Assembly (NCBI GenBank): GCA_036339465.1 | Contig: JAYZAY010000020.1 | Coordinates: 1 to 64,000, forward strand | Length of the DNA: 64,000 nucleotides | From: Myxococcota bacterium | Lineage (GTDB): Bacteria; Myxococcota; XYA12-FULL-58-9; JABJBS01 | Reading direction: 5' to 3' | Shown: in pieces, positions 19,830 through 29,910 of the stretch | How the letters are laid out: every line of letters starts with the position of its first letter | How positions within the stretch are numbered: the first letter of the stretch is position 1 | Program-made: the position numbers and the translations under genes | The notes under the pieces: generated by a model | Told to the model about the DNA's origin: nothing | Databases searched by the model: none | Seen by the model: only the letters and a program-made list of their open reading frames with translations

Positions 19830-22415
19830 CTATAAAGGAGCGTCCGCTCCATATAAGTCGATAGAATCTGGGTCCAAAAAGTTCTCGTCTGGAGAAAACT
19901 CGGTAGGCTGAGTCCCTGAGCGATAGTACTCATCTACAACTCGTACGGCTCCCGGACGCGCTAGGAGACCTGTATCTGGATCAATAGCCACCCGAACAAC
20001 TCCATCAGGTGGGCTAAACTCCCCTACTTCCAGTCGCTTCGACCTCTTCCCTCCATAATCTCTCAATGCCTTGTCCATAAAAGATAACCAGACGGGCAAG
20101 GCAGTACGACCGCCAGTTTCTCCCATTCCCAGTGGACGCTCCTTTTGATCGTGCCCAACCCAAACCCCCGTGACCAGCGGCTCAGTAAATCCCATAAACC
20201 AAGCATCATATGAATCATTCGTCGTTCCCGTCTTACCCGCAGTTGGGATCCCCAGCGCTTGAGCTGACATGGCCGTACCGCTTTGAACAACATTCTGTAG
20301 CAAACTCACCATCACGTATGCACTCGGCGGGTCCAACACACGCTGGGTCGGCTTCGTTAATTCATGATAAGCACGGTCGAGTTGAGTCCCAAAATGAGCT
20401 GTTGGATCACTCGAAGCACTATTTTCCTCAAGTACATTACCGAATCGATCAATCACCCGTCTAACAAATATGAGATCTCTGCGCTGACCCATTTGGTTGA
20501 GAGCAACATAAACTTTAATCAAGTCATTCAAAGTCGTACAAGAAGAGCCCAACGCAGTCCCAAGCTCACTCTTGAGGTCGGTTGTAATGCCGAATCTCCT
20601 GGCATTACGAATAATGTCTCGAATACCTACGGCTTGAGCCAGACGAATAGCTGGCGTGTTAATTGAGTCCTTTAGACATGTGCGCATGGGTAACCGGCCT
20701 CTAAATTTTTCCCCAGCGTTCTTGGGCTTCCAGCGCATTGCATTTCGAGCATCATCGAAAATCAGCGGTTTATCATCAATCAAAGTCGAGGGCGTAAAAT
20801 CCAATTTATCGATGGCGGCTGAATAAACCACAGGCTTAAACGCACTTCCCGGTTCGCGGCATGCCTGAATAGCACGGTTAAAACTTGACGTCTCAAAGTG
20901 GTAGCCCCCCACCTGAGCTTTCACGTAACCGGTTTTCGGGTCCACCGACATCAAAGCGGCATTGGCAATGGGCTCCTGTTCCAAAGCAAACAAATCACCT
21001 TTTCGTGGCACCTGTTGCACAATTTCCCAACCATGAGGGTCCCGTGCGAGTCGAGCTCGAGTCGTGGGTACAACCTCGACCAAGTCACCAATCTTCACCC
21101 CCCTGCGAGCATCCCTCAAATAGTGGTATTCCCATCGCTCCACAGGGTTTGGTTTTCGCGCCCACCTCATACCCGCCAATGGTAAAAGGCCCTTCTTGCC
21201 ACCGATATTCAGGCTCACCAAGCGGCCTTTCTGCTCAAATTTGCTCACTAAGCCAACCCAAGAGTCTCGGTCTGAAAAGTCGGGGAGCTCACCTTGGTCG
21301 AGTCCAAGTTCTTCTCGATAACGCTCAATAAATTCAGAACGTAACTTTTTGGTCGGCAAGTTTCCTAGAGGTCCCCGAAACCCCTGACGCTTATCCAAAT
21401 CCTTTAAACCTTTTTGAACAGCCTTCTGAGCATAGTTCTGAAACTCGATATCCATACTGGTGTAGACTTGAAAACCATCACCGAGCACTGCTCGCTCCCC
21501 ATAGCGGTCGACCAAGATCCGACGAACATGCTCCGTGAAATAAGGGGCTTTTTCTAAATAGAGCTCCCGGCGCGAATAAACTTTCACTTCCTCAACAAAC
21601 GCCGCCTCAAATTCCTCCTGAGTGATAAACTCCTCCGCTAACATTCTCCGAAGGACATATGAACGTCGGGCCTTGGCTGCCTCAGGACGAGAAAACGGCG
21701 AATAATCACTCGGGCGCTGGGGTAGACCCGCCAACGTCGCCATCTCCGCCAATGACATATCTTCAACATTCTTTTGGTAATAGTGCTCTGCCGCTGCCTG
21801 AACTCCGTAGGCTCGGTGACCCAAAAAAATCTGATTCATATACATGTATATGATCTCATCCTTAGACAAATTACTCTCTAAACGACGAGCCAAAATCGCT
21901 TCTCTAATTTTTCGTTCCAGCGAACGTTGAGTCGCCGAAGCGTAGCCCTCTACGGAAACCAAAATACTCTTCGCCACCTGCTGAGTAATGGTCGAAGCGC
22001 CCCTGAGTTTCTTTCCTGGATTCATCACTTTATCTAAGACGGCTTTGCTCAAACCGATAAAGTCCAAGCCAATATGCGAATAAAATCGCTTGTCCTCAGC
22101 CGCAATAAACGCAAGGGGTAACAACTTCGGAACCCTTGAGAGCGGCACTAGAACACGACGCTCCTCTGCGAATTCACCAATCAGCTGATTGTCGAGGGAA
22201 TAGATTCTCGTACCCAACTTCGGCTGATAATCCTCGATGGACTCAAATTGAGGAACCGTCGGTAGGTAGTGAAAATAAACCACCACACCTATCCCTGCCC
22301 CCAAAAACCCACCAACAATTCCTAATAAAGTCAATCGACGACACCATTTGCGAATCAAAGATGGCTTCTTTGGAGCCTCAACACGAAACTTACGAGAAGG
22401 AATTTTACCGGCCAT
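19830..22415 (-). CDS. mrcA: Class A penicillin-binding protein 1A
   Basis: EDKRFYSH.G, GASTITQQ, RKIRE; transpeptidase motifs SAFK, SIN, KTG. Confidence 0.93.
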   Translation of the reverse strand: MAGKIPSRKFRVEAPKKPSLIRKWCRRLTLLGIVGGFLGAGIGVVVYFHYLPTVPQFESIEDYQPKLGTRIYSLDNQLIGEFAEERRVLVPLSRVPKLLPLAFIAAEDKRFYSHIGLDFIGLSKAVLDKVMNPGKKLRGASTITQQVAKSILVSVEGYASATQRSLERKIREAILARRLESNLSKDEIIYMYMNQIFLGHRAYGVQAAAEHYYQKNVEDMSLAEMATLAGLPQRPSDYSPFSRPEAAKARRSYVLRRMLAEEFITQEEFEAAFVEEVKVYSRRELYLEKAPYFTEHVRRILVDRYGERAVLGDGFQVYTSMDIEFQNYAQKAVQKGLKDLDKRQGFRGPLGNLPTKKLRSEFIERYREELGLDQGELPDFSDRDSWVGLVSKFEQKGRLVSLNIGGKKGLLPLAGMRWARKPNPVERWEYHYLRDARRGVKIGDLVEVVPTTRARLARDPHGWEIVQQVPRKGDLFALEQEPIANAALMSVDPKTGYVKAQVGGYHFETSSFNRAIQACREPGSAFKPVVYSAAIDKLDFTPSTLIDDKPLIFDDARNAMRWKPKNAGEKFRGRLPMRTCLKDSINTPAIRLAQAVGIRDIIRNARRFGITTDLKSELGTALGSSCTTLNDLIKVYVALNQMGQRRDLIFVRRVIDRFGNVLEENSASSDPTAHFGTQLDRAYHELTKPTQRVLDPPSAYVMVSLLQNVVQSGTAMSAQALGIPTAGKTGTTNDSYDAWFMGFTEPLVTGVWVGHDQKERPLGMGETGGRTALPVWLSFMDKALRDYGGKRSKRLEVGEFSPPDGVVRVAIDPDTGLLARPGAVRVVDEYYRSGTQPTEFSPDENFLDPDSIDLYGADAPL

Positions 22416-22471
22416 AACAGGCCGATAACACAAGCAGCATCATGCGACAACGCCCCACCCTCTCACCCTTA

Positions 22472-23380
22472 TTAGGAAAAGAAATTTAATCGCCTCTGCG
22501 ATGGACTTTCAATCACCATACTTTGCCCACCAAGACCAGCCGGCACCCTAAGTTCAGCAATCTCATCGGCGCCTGCAAAAACTTCCATATGGAAAGTAAG
22601 TGTCGCGAGGTCCTCAATTTCCCTACCCCCCATTTTCCTTCCCCATCCCGTACAAACAAAAAACCATTCATCACCCGGAGGACGTTTTGCCATATCCCTT
22701 ACCAACCCCATGACACAGTGCGGTTGAGTCTTTGATTTCCTGCCCTTAAAGCACGCCCGAAGGTTACCAAAGCCCCGTACACCAATGCCCAACTTGGTTA
22801 TTTCTGCCTCTAAAACAAGCGCCGCCGCCAACGAGTCAACAACCACAACCAATTCCCGCGAAACGAGCATCCTCCCAAGTTCACCCGCCAACTTTTCAGG
22901 CGTGATGCCACCTCCCTTTCCAACAAAGGGTATGACCACTTCATCCGCACTGGGGATCCCAGGACAAGCGCCGGTGGGTAGTGCAGGTAGAAAAACTACG
23001 CGAGAATTGTCAAACTCACAAATTGCCATGCCCAATGCGAGTTCCTCATTGATTGGCCGATACTCCAGGCAAAGCCCACCAAAACCGATTTTCCTATACC
23101 ACGGAGTAATTAAGTATGGCCTCCTAGAACCAAGACGACGAAACATCCGCGCCAAAGACTCGTGGACGACCACTGCCCCATGGGCCTGGGGCAAACCATC
23201 AAAGCCGTGGCAGAGCACAGCGGAAGAAACCCTTTGAATAGGATCTAACCACACGTCAGCCCCCACGACCTTCGCAGCTCTGTCTTGCAATACCAATTTC
23301 GAGTCACTTCTGCGATCGTTCACGCCCTCTACCACCCTTTGACTTGCCATGATCAAGCATGGGGTTACCCCTTCACCCAC
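22472..23380 (-). CDS. Hypothetical protein, possibly a degenerate metallo-beta-lactamase-fold exonuclease homologue
   Basis: VWLDP, AVLCHG, PWYRKIGFGGLCLEYRP..LGMA and TGW resemble the MBL-fold exonuclease layout, but HxHxDH is absent. Confidence 0.5.
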   Translation of the reverse strand: MGEGVTPCLIMASQRVVEGVNDRRSDSKLVLQDRAAKVVGADVWLDPIQRVSSAVLCHGFDGLPQAHGAVVVHESLARMFRRLGSRRPYLITPWYRKIGFGGLCLEYRPINEELALGMAICEFDNSRVVFLPALPTGACPGIPSADEVVIPFVGKGGGITPEKLAGELGRMLVSRELVVVVDSLAAALVLEAEITKLGIGVRGFGNLRACFKGRKSKTQPHCVMGLVRDMAKRPPGDEWFFVCTGWGRKMGGREIEDLATLTFHMEVFAGADEIAELRVPAGLGGQSMVIESPSQRRLNFFS

Positions 23381-23498
23381 CGGAATTCAAGTCAGGGACC
23401 ACAGAAGCAACATTTTCTTCTTTTTGCACAACCTGAAGCTCAATTCTCCGGTAATGTAGGTCAAGTAGAGCTATACACAAACCTAGGGAGAGAGAAGC

Positions 23499-24467
23499 AT
23501 GAGCGGACGCGTTGGCTTTAGAACAGAACAAATTGAAGAATATCAGAGGCTTCAAAAGATGCTCGATGAAGCTACTTCGGAGTCTGTTAATCCCCCCGCA
23601 ACCACAGTCCCCACCACCGACTGTCTCGTTGATGAAGCCAAAGCTCAGCGCCCTGCGCATATCAACCCCAAACGCATGCGAAACCAATCCGATGTTCAAC
23701 GAGATGCTTTAGCACCCCGAAATCCCAACATGACCGGCCAGCGGACCGACGGATCCCCTGCACTGGTGGGTAGTAAGCGTACCAAGCAAGACTACGATGA
23801 CCGCCCTGAAGACGAAATCGCACGAAAAAATCTAAACCAAAACAAGGCCAGAAACGCTGATTCCACGACTGGAGTCGAAGCTGTTGAGACGAAACATGAA
23901 AGTTTGGAGAAAAGTTACGAAAGCGCCATTAATCTCGTGGAACAGCTCCGGGTCGACCAACAAAATGCGAGGGTCACCGACCTCCCCGCCACAGTACAAG
24001 CACATCACGGCGAACTCTATAAAAATGCCATCACTGAAATCGGAAAACTCCGCAAACAACTTATCGCGACCAAACAAGGTGAAACCGAAGCGAGTCAACC
24101 CAAATACGACAAGCTGTATGAAGAGGCCGTGGGACTGGTTGAAGAGCTTCGCGAAGGGCTTAAGTTGGCCCAAACCCATGACGCCTCCGGTGACATACCC
24201 GTAACCACGAAAGCATCCCCACAAGAAGTTGCCCAAAGAGCAACAGTAGAAAGTATGCCCATCACCGATCCAAACATCACCCAAGTTAATTTTTCCTGGG
24301 AAGAATATGGTAGCGAATTCCAACGGGAGTATGCTGAATTCATGCGCGAGTACGCTGACGGTTTAATCGTGGAAAGCGGAGAAGCCAGTCTTAGGGACAA
24401 TAATTCCACCAAGGTTTTTTCTGTTGTGGAACAAGCCAACGAAACCACCCCAGTCATCCTGCGCTGA
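23499..24467 (+). CDS. Hypothetical protein with three internal helical repeats
   Basis: SYESAINLVEQLR, LYKNAITEIGKLR, LYEEAVGLVEELR; purine-rich RBS. Confidence 0.6.
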   Translation: MSGRVGFRTEQIEEYQRLQKMLDEATSESVNPPATTVPTTDCLVDEAKAQRPAHINPKRMRNQSDVQRDALAPRNPNMTGQRTDGSPALVGSKRTKQDYDDRPEDEIARKNLNQNKARNADSTTGVEAVETKHESLEKSYESAINLVEQLRVDQQNARVTDLPATVQAHHGELYKNAITEIGKLRKQLIATKQGETEASQPKYDKLYEEAVGLVEELREGLKLAQTHDASGDIPVTTKASPQEVAQRATVESMPITDPNITQVNFSWEEYGSEFQREYAEFMREYADGLIVESGEASLRDNNSTKVFSVVEQANETTPVILR

Positions 24468-24477
24468 GGTATCCAAT

Positions 24478-24963
24478 CTAGATTGGCACCGCCGAAACAA
24501 CCAAACCGTCGGCATCCGCAAAAAGATGGTCTCCCGGTTGAAACGTGACACCACCAAACGAAACCACCAAATCCCGCTCTCCCTCGCCTCTTTTGATGCT
24601 CTTTTTGGGGTGTGTACCCAAGGCCATCACACCTACGTCCATTTCAGCAATCACTGCGGAATCACGAATACAACCATAGACAACCACTCCTGCCCAATGA
24701 TTGTTCTCTATCAGCTTTGCGATATTATCCCCCACCAATGCACAGCGTTTAGACCCACCACCATCAACCACCAAGACACGACCTTCACCCTCTTGCTCAA
24801 GTATTTCCCGGACCAACGAGTTGTCCTCGAAAAGCTTGAGAGTCACAATGGAACCTGCAATTCGTCGACGGGTACCGAACCAAGAAAACATTGATTCACA
24901 TACCCTCAGGTCTGGATATTCATCGCATAAATCGGCTGTCGAAAAATCCTTCAAATCAACCAT
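24478..24963 (-). CDS. rraA: RraA family protein (HMG aldolase / RNase E inhibitor)
   Basis: [42 protein letters not shown]. Confidence 0.93.
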   Translation of the reverse strand: MVDLKDFSTADLCDEYPDLRVCESMFSWFGTRRRIAGSIVTLKLFEDNSLVREILEQEGEGRVLVVDGGGSKRCALVGDNIAKLIENNHWAGVVVYGCIRDSAVIAEMDVGVMALGTHPKKSIKRGEGERDLVVSFGGVTFQPGDHLFADADGLVVSAVPI

Positions 24964-25178
24964 CTTATCACTCCTTATCCCCGATTGGCCCTCTGGCTGA
25001 TTACCAGCACCAACTCTTCTTGACTACCTGAGACCCGGCTTGAATTTCAATCAAGCCTAGTAAGAACATCTCTCTCTTCCTGTTGAAAACGTTATTTCTA
25101 CGATCAACGAAAAATCCCACCAAAACTATCCTTTTTCTGATGAAACGCAGAACTCAAATTTGAGTTCCCTATGAGTCA

Positions 25179-26636
25179 TTGGTAATATTTTTGGACGACC
25201 GAAATCGGAAAAAATCCATCGAACCACCCATACGCATAGTCATACTAACCTATTTCCTACAAATACTCGGAGGATGTGCAAGCAGTGCCTCAACAACAGG
25301 ACAATCAAGACTTCCCAACCAATGGTGGACAACTTCCAGCATAACGACAAAATCGACGACCTTTTCGGAGCGCCAAGAGTCAAACAAGATCGTGTTAAAA
25401 TCACTCCTACCAAAATCCCAAAATAACCACACCCGAGAAAAACAGCGATCACCGCAAAAACTACTCAAAGCACTCAGTCAAACCAAAGCACTACGTCATT
25501 TTGCCACGATTGAAACCCATAGAGTCCAACCATCCACAACGAAACTGATTATCCTCGTTCCTCAATACCACCGTTCGGAGGACTATCCCATCAATTGGTC
25601 CAGCATCGGCAAAAAAGTCGCCCAGGTACAAAACAACATAGAAGATCTCATACTACACCTTTACTACAATTACGGCATCAGCTGCTGGGGGGTCGAAGGT
25701 AGAAGCGCCAATACAATTCGCGAATCACCCGTCCTCAATATGGGCCTGAGCGCAGTCCGCACGCTCGCCATCCGATTCCAGAATCTCCACCAAGAATTCA
25801 AGGAAGAGAACTCACTGGTCCTCGAAGAAAGCGAAAAGATTCTCGCGCTCCTATCCCCCTTTATTGTACAGCACATCCAAGCCGCCGATGGTGTCGCCAT
25901 GGCCTTAATCAGGATTGGTTCCGAAGGCAATTCCCCTGGGGCCATAAACCAGCTTCAAAGGCTATGGTACGGAATCGAAAATAAAGCTCTCAATGAAAGA
26001 GCCGTCCAATTACTCAAGGATATTCGCCAAACGCAAAAAGAGATTCTAAGCTCCCAAACAGTGCCCACCGATCCCACCTCTATTGAAGGACAAGACTTTC
26101 TGCGGAATATTTGGTTCAAAGAGTTTCCTCCTTTTAACAAAAAAGTCATCAAACCCATTTCCAAAAAACTCAAAATCCTCCAAGAAATTCTAAGGCAGAT
26201 CCGAGACGGCCCCGAAAAAAAATACCGCACCCTCCGGCACTTCATCAGAAACATTCAAGGTGTCTACGCATTGGCCCTCAGCCCCAGACAAATTATAAGC
26301 GAATTTGATTATTACTCGAACCTCGATTCCCCACCTCCCTCCACCAACAACACAGGCATACCTCTCTCATCAACAAACAAGAAGTCACTCAAAACAAAGC
26401 TTTCTGAGCTCTATGAAGAGTACGCCGACATTACTTTCACCAAACGTGAAAAAAGGGCGATTGGAACCACACTTAAGAAAGTAGACAAGGCGAAAAACTC
26501 GACATGCGTTCTGGTAATGGGCGCCAATCATCAATCAGGACTCATCGAACAGCTAACCAAGCTGGACCCTAATCATGGATTTCTTGTCCTAGATCCCTAC
26601 CGACCCGTCTCCCGCGAAACGCCTGAGGCTCCGTAA
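25179..26636 (+). CDS. Hypothetical (lipo)protein
   Basis: Lipobox-like LGGC; VPQYH, GVEG, YGIEN, VMGANH suggest a metal-dependent fold; family not recognised; start uncertain. Confidence 0.6.
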   Translation: MVIFLDDRNRKKSIEPPIRIVILTYFLQILGGCASSASTTGQSRLPNQWWTTSSITTKSTTFSERQESNKIVLKSLLPKSQNNHTREKQRSPQKLLKALSQTKALRHFATIETHRVQPSTTKLIILVPQYHRSEDYPINWSSIGKKVAQVQNNIEDLILHLYYNYGISCWGVEGRSANTIRESPVLNMGLSAVRTLAIRFQNLHQEFKEENSLVLEESEKILALLSPFIVQHIQAADGVAMALIRIGSEGNSPGAINQLQRLWYGIENKALNERAVQLLKDIRQTQKEILSSQTVPTDPTSIEGQDFLRNIWFKEFPPFNKKVIKPISKKLKILQEILRQIRDGPEKKYRTLRHFIRNIQGVYALALSPRQIISEFDYYSNLDSPPPSTNNTGIPLSSTNKKSLKTKLSELYEEYADITFTKREKRAIGTTLKKVDKAKNSTCVLVMGANHQSGLIEQLTKLDPNHGFLVLDPYRPVSRETPEAP

Positions 26637-27828
26637 CGCCCCAAAAAAACGACGCACTCCCCACGACCTCACGCGTGTTCAACCATGGTGCAGTCATTCC
26701 ATGACCTCCTCTACTGAAGATGTATCAAAACGCCACTGCTTGCACTAAAGAGTGCCAGCGTCTCTGAATCCAAAGCAACAGACTTACCCCCGAAAAGACA
26801 GGACGTATCATCACCTATGCCGAGAAAAAAGGCATCATTCATCTAGCAATGCCCAAAATCAGCAGCACCACCATTGGCAGCGAATAGCCAAACCATCCTC
26901 AAAAAAAGAGGCACCCGGATTTCGACACAACCCACTGGGCCGCCACAACCAAAGAAAACGAAATTGAGCCATGCATCCTATGGACTCGATCGGAACTACC
27001 TTCTCTAACTCCGGTTTCTTGAACACAAAGAAAAAAGCGGATTAGGGTTTCGATTTGTGAAAAAATTCAAATCCCCCTACCTGGGGATACTTTGGATATC
27101 CCAAACGCCGACACCTTCTGGCTTGTAAAATTCCAAACAACACCTACACGCCATCTCGTTGGCACTGCACACAACATTGGGTGGACTACTAAGTACACCG
27201 GTCCCGTGGAATTAGTCAGACCCTGTGCCGCATCGTTTTATCCAGACAAAGCCTTGGCCCTGGAGAGAGTGCTGACTCCTCCACCAGGAAAACCGCAGAC
27301 GTCTCCAAACAAAAGACAAGCGCTCAAACAAGATTGTAGGCATCAAACAATGGCAAGCTAGCCAGGTGGGTCCGAGACCAAAGCCCATCTGATCTTCCTT
27401 AAGTCTCTATCTCTATAAAATCATGGCGTATCCTTCACTAAACCAGGCCTGGAGAAAATCCATTATGACAGTCGGTGATACTGGAGACACAAATGCTTTC
27501 ACATTCGCCATCATGGTAAAAATGAACAAGAAGCCCGACAACCCCTCTGCTCTCTAAAAGTTTGAGCCTCACCGGCCTAACAGCGTAAACCATCTGTAAT
27601 CGTAAACTTATTTAGATCACCCTGAAAATTCCTTCGGATTTTTGTGAGGCTGGTCACTTCGCTGTCCCCTCCAAAAGCACCGGTGTCATCTCTCACGCGA
27701 ACATAGACTCAGGAGACAAACCAAGCCCATGAACAGATGAGGTTACTCCTGCACCCATAATTAGGACAAAAGACAAACAAACGACGACTCGCGAAGAATT
27801 GGTTTCGATAAAAACAATGGAGAAAGAG

Positions 27829-28620
27829 ATGCGCCCAAATGTGTGGATGGCTCTAATACTGGCCTCAGGCCTCATTACCCTCAGCTACAAATTAGACGGT
27901 GGCTCCCTAGGCCTTCTCTACCAACCAACCTCCCTATTGATTGTTTTTGGAGGAATTACCTGCGGCTTAATTATGCAATTTAGCCTAGGCGACATCCGCC
28001 TAACCCTAAGTGATATCAGCACTAGCCGAAGTCACGGGCACAAAACTCGACTGGTTCCGAAGCAAATCTACACCTGGGCCAAAAAAGTGCGACGGGATGG
28101 GATTCGCGTACTCGAAGACGACCTTGAAACCATCAAGGATCCGGTCCTTAAACGAGCCGTATACGTCGCCGTGGAAAATGGTAGCTCAGCCTCAACCGTG
28201 GAAATCCTGAGTGCCGAACGGCAAAATTTATCCGATAGACTTCTGACTGCTCCCCAAGTATTAGAAGCTGCTGGAAATTACGCTCCCACCATGGGAATGA
28301 TTGGGTCCATTCTTGGCCTGATCCACCTCATGCAGAACTTACATGACCCATCAAATATGGGGCCAGGTATCGCCACCGCCTTCGTCTCTACCTTGTACGG
28401 TGGAGTACTTGCCAACCTGGTCATCATGCCCCTAGCCAATCGTTTGTCGAAATACCACAATGAAATATTGTCCCAATTTGACCTGGTTTCCAATGCGATG
28501 ATCGGAATACTCGAGCAAAGGAATCCACTCGTCATCCAAGAAGCCATCTCCATTCGCCAATCTAAAACCGTCAATGTGCTCAACAATCAGACTGAATCTG
28601 ATCAAGATTCGTTTGAATAG
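27829..28620 (+). CDS. motA: MotA family stator subunit
   Basis: SLLIVFGG, VRRDGIRVLE, AGNYAPTMGMIGSILGLI, GPGIATAFVSTLYG. Confidence 0.9.
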   Translation: MRPNVWMALILASGLITLSYKLDGGSLGLLYQPTSLLIVFGGITCGLIMQFSLGDIRLTLSDISTSRSHGHKTRLVPKQIYTWAKKVRRDGIRVLEDDLETIKDPVLKRAVYVAVENGSSASTVEILSAERQNLSDRLLTAPQVLEAAGNYAPTMGMIGSILGLIHLMQNLHDPSNMGPGIATAFVSTLYGGVLANLVIMPLANRLSKYHNEILSQFDLVSNAMIGILEQRNPLVIQEAISIRQSKTVNVLNNQTESDQDSFE

Positions 28621-28631
28621 GCCTCATCCAA

Positions 28632-29279
28632 ATGACAACCAAAGGCTTTACACCCAGTTCTGATAACAAATGGTTGGTGAGTTATTCCGATTTCATCACT
28701 CTATTGCTCTGCCTGTTTGTGGTTCATTATGCCATCGATAAAAACAAAGCCAACGTGGACGAAAGTCCCGTTCAGATCGTCGACCACGGCGTTGGTTCCT
28801 CCCAATTAACACTGCCGAGTATTGCCGAGAAAATTGAGGAGCAACTCAGTGACCCATCGGTTCAAAATGCCGTGGACATGATTTTAGAAGAACGCAGGAT
28901 AACCATACGTCTCAACGCTGAACTATTTTTCGAATCCGGTAAAGCAATCATTAAACGGGCCCAAAAGCCCGTGTTACGTGACATCGCCCCCGTCATTCAA
29001 GAAACAGGACTGAATCTCCAAATCGAAGGGCACACCGACAGTATGCCCATTGCCACACGGAAATTTCATTCCAACTGGGAGCTTTCTTCGGCCCGGTCAT
29101 TGGCCATGGTTCACTACTTTGTCCGTAAATGCCAATTTCCATACGATAAGATTTCAGCGGCTGCATTTGGCCCCGCCAAACCCATTGGAAATAATCGGAC
29201 TCCAGAGGGCCGCAAAAAAAATAGAAGAGTCGATTTGGTCTTAACCATCCCCACTGGGGCCAAGGCCCCCGCCAAGTAG
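28632..29279 (+). CDS. motB: MotB family stator subunit with OmpA-like peptidoglycan-binding domain
   Basis: WLVSYSDFITLLLCLFV (conserved Asp), IEGHTD, SNWELSSARS, NRRVD. Confidence 0.9.
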   Translation: MTTKGFTPSSDNKWLVSYSDFITLLLCLFVVHYAIDKNKANVDESPVQIVDHGVGSSQLTLPSIAEKIEEQLSDPSVQNAVDMILEERRITIRLNAELFFESGKAIIKRAQKPVLRDIAPVIQETGLNLQIEGHTDSMPIATRKFHSNWELSSARSLAMVHYFVRKCQFPYDKISAAAFGPAKPIGNNRTPEGRKKNRRVDLVLTIPTGAKAPAK

Positions 29280-29674
29280 AACTCTAACACCGGAATAATT
29301 CGTTCGAGCCAAGCAAACAGCAAGTAGATTCGTATCTGGACGAAAAAGGTCCTTGCTCCACAATTCATTTGCGACACAGAAAACGACCTATCTGTACCTT
29401 GAGCTACCACCCCACAAACAGCTCCTTCAAAGTGCAATATCAACCCTTAGGCTCTACTCTAGCATTGGGGGTTTCGAATTTATTTTCTGGAACCTTGGGG
29501 CAATAGCGCACAATTTCAAAGTAAAACCAACAACCAAAGGCTAGAAATATGACAATGAAGTGGCCCAAGAAATCAACGGGTTCGTTAGAAAATATGCCCC
29601 AAACCACAGGCTGAGCACCACGGCTTCACCATAGGCACATACTGAATCACAACTCGGAGTAAAGAAGCGCGACT

Positions 29675-29751
29675 TGGTGCTGATGCAGGGAATCGAACCC
29701 CGGACACTACGGTTATGAGCCGTATGCTCTAGCCATCTGAGCTACATCAGC
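29675..29751 (-). tRNA. tRNA with CAT anticodon, most likely elongator tRNA-Met (Ile2 not excluded)
   Basis: GCTGATG/CATCAGC acceptor stem, TAGCTCAG D arm, TACGG-CTCATAA-CCGTA anticodon arm, GTTCGA T loop, encoded CCA; 77 nt. Confidence 0.93.
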
Positions 29752-29761
29752 GACGCGCGAC

Positions 29762-29790
29762 TCATTACGCGAGCCAACAACGGCTGTCAA
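29762..29790 (-). promoter_or_regulatory. Candidate sigma70 promoter of the tRNA
   Basis: TTGACA-N17-TAATGA ending 10 nt before the tRNA; the -10 element is imperfect. Confidence 0.5.
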
Positions 29791-29910
29791 GCAATAGGGG
29801 AGCCGGTCTTTACGATAGAGCCTTCGTTCCCATCTAATACTCTTTTCCATTTGTTTACTGTTAATAGTGTTATATTTCTGTGTTAACTAAAGGCTACACA
29901 ACAAACCATT

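Noticed and set aside
27829..29279. Zorya defence system
   Set aside because: MotA is about 263 aa with no long ZorA tail, motifs are flagellar-type, and no ZorC/D/E genes are adjacent.
29280..29670. Small ORFs between motB and the tRNA
   Set aside because: No RBS or recognisable similarity; cannot be supported as gene or pseudogene.
29675..29751. Initiator tRNA or phage integration site
   Set aside because: G1-C72 is paired and the anticodon stem lacks three G-C pairs; I saw no duplicated tRNA 3' end and no integrase.
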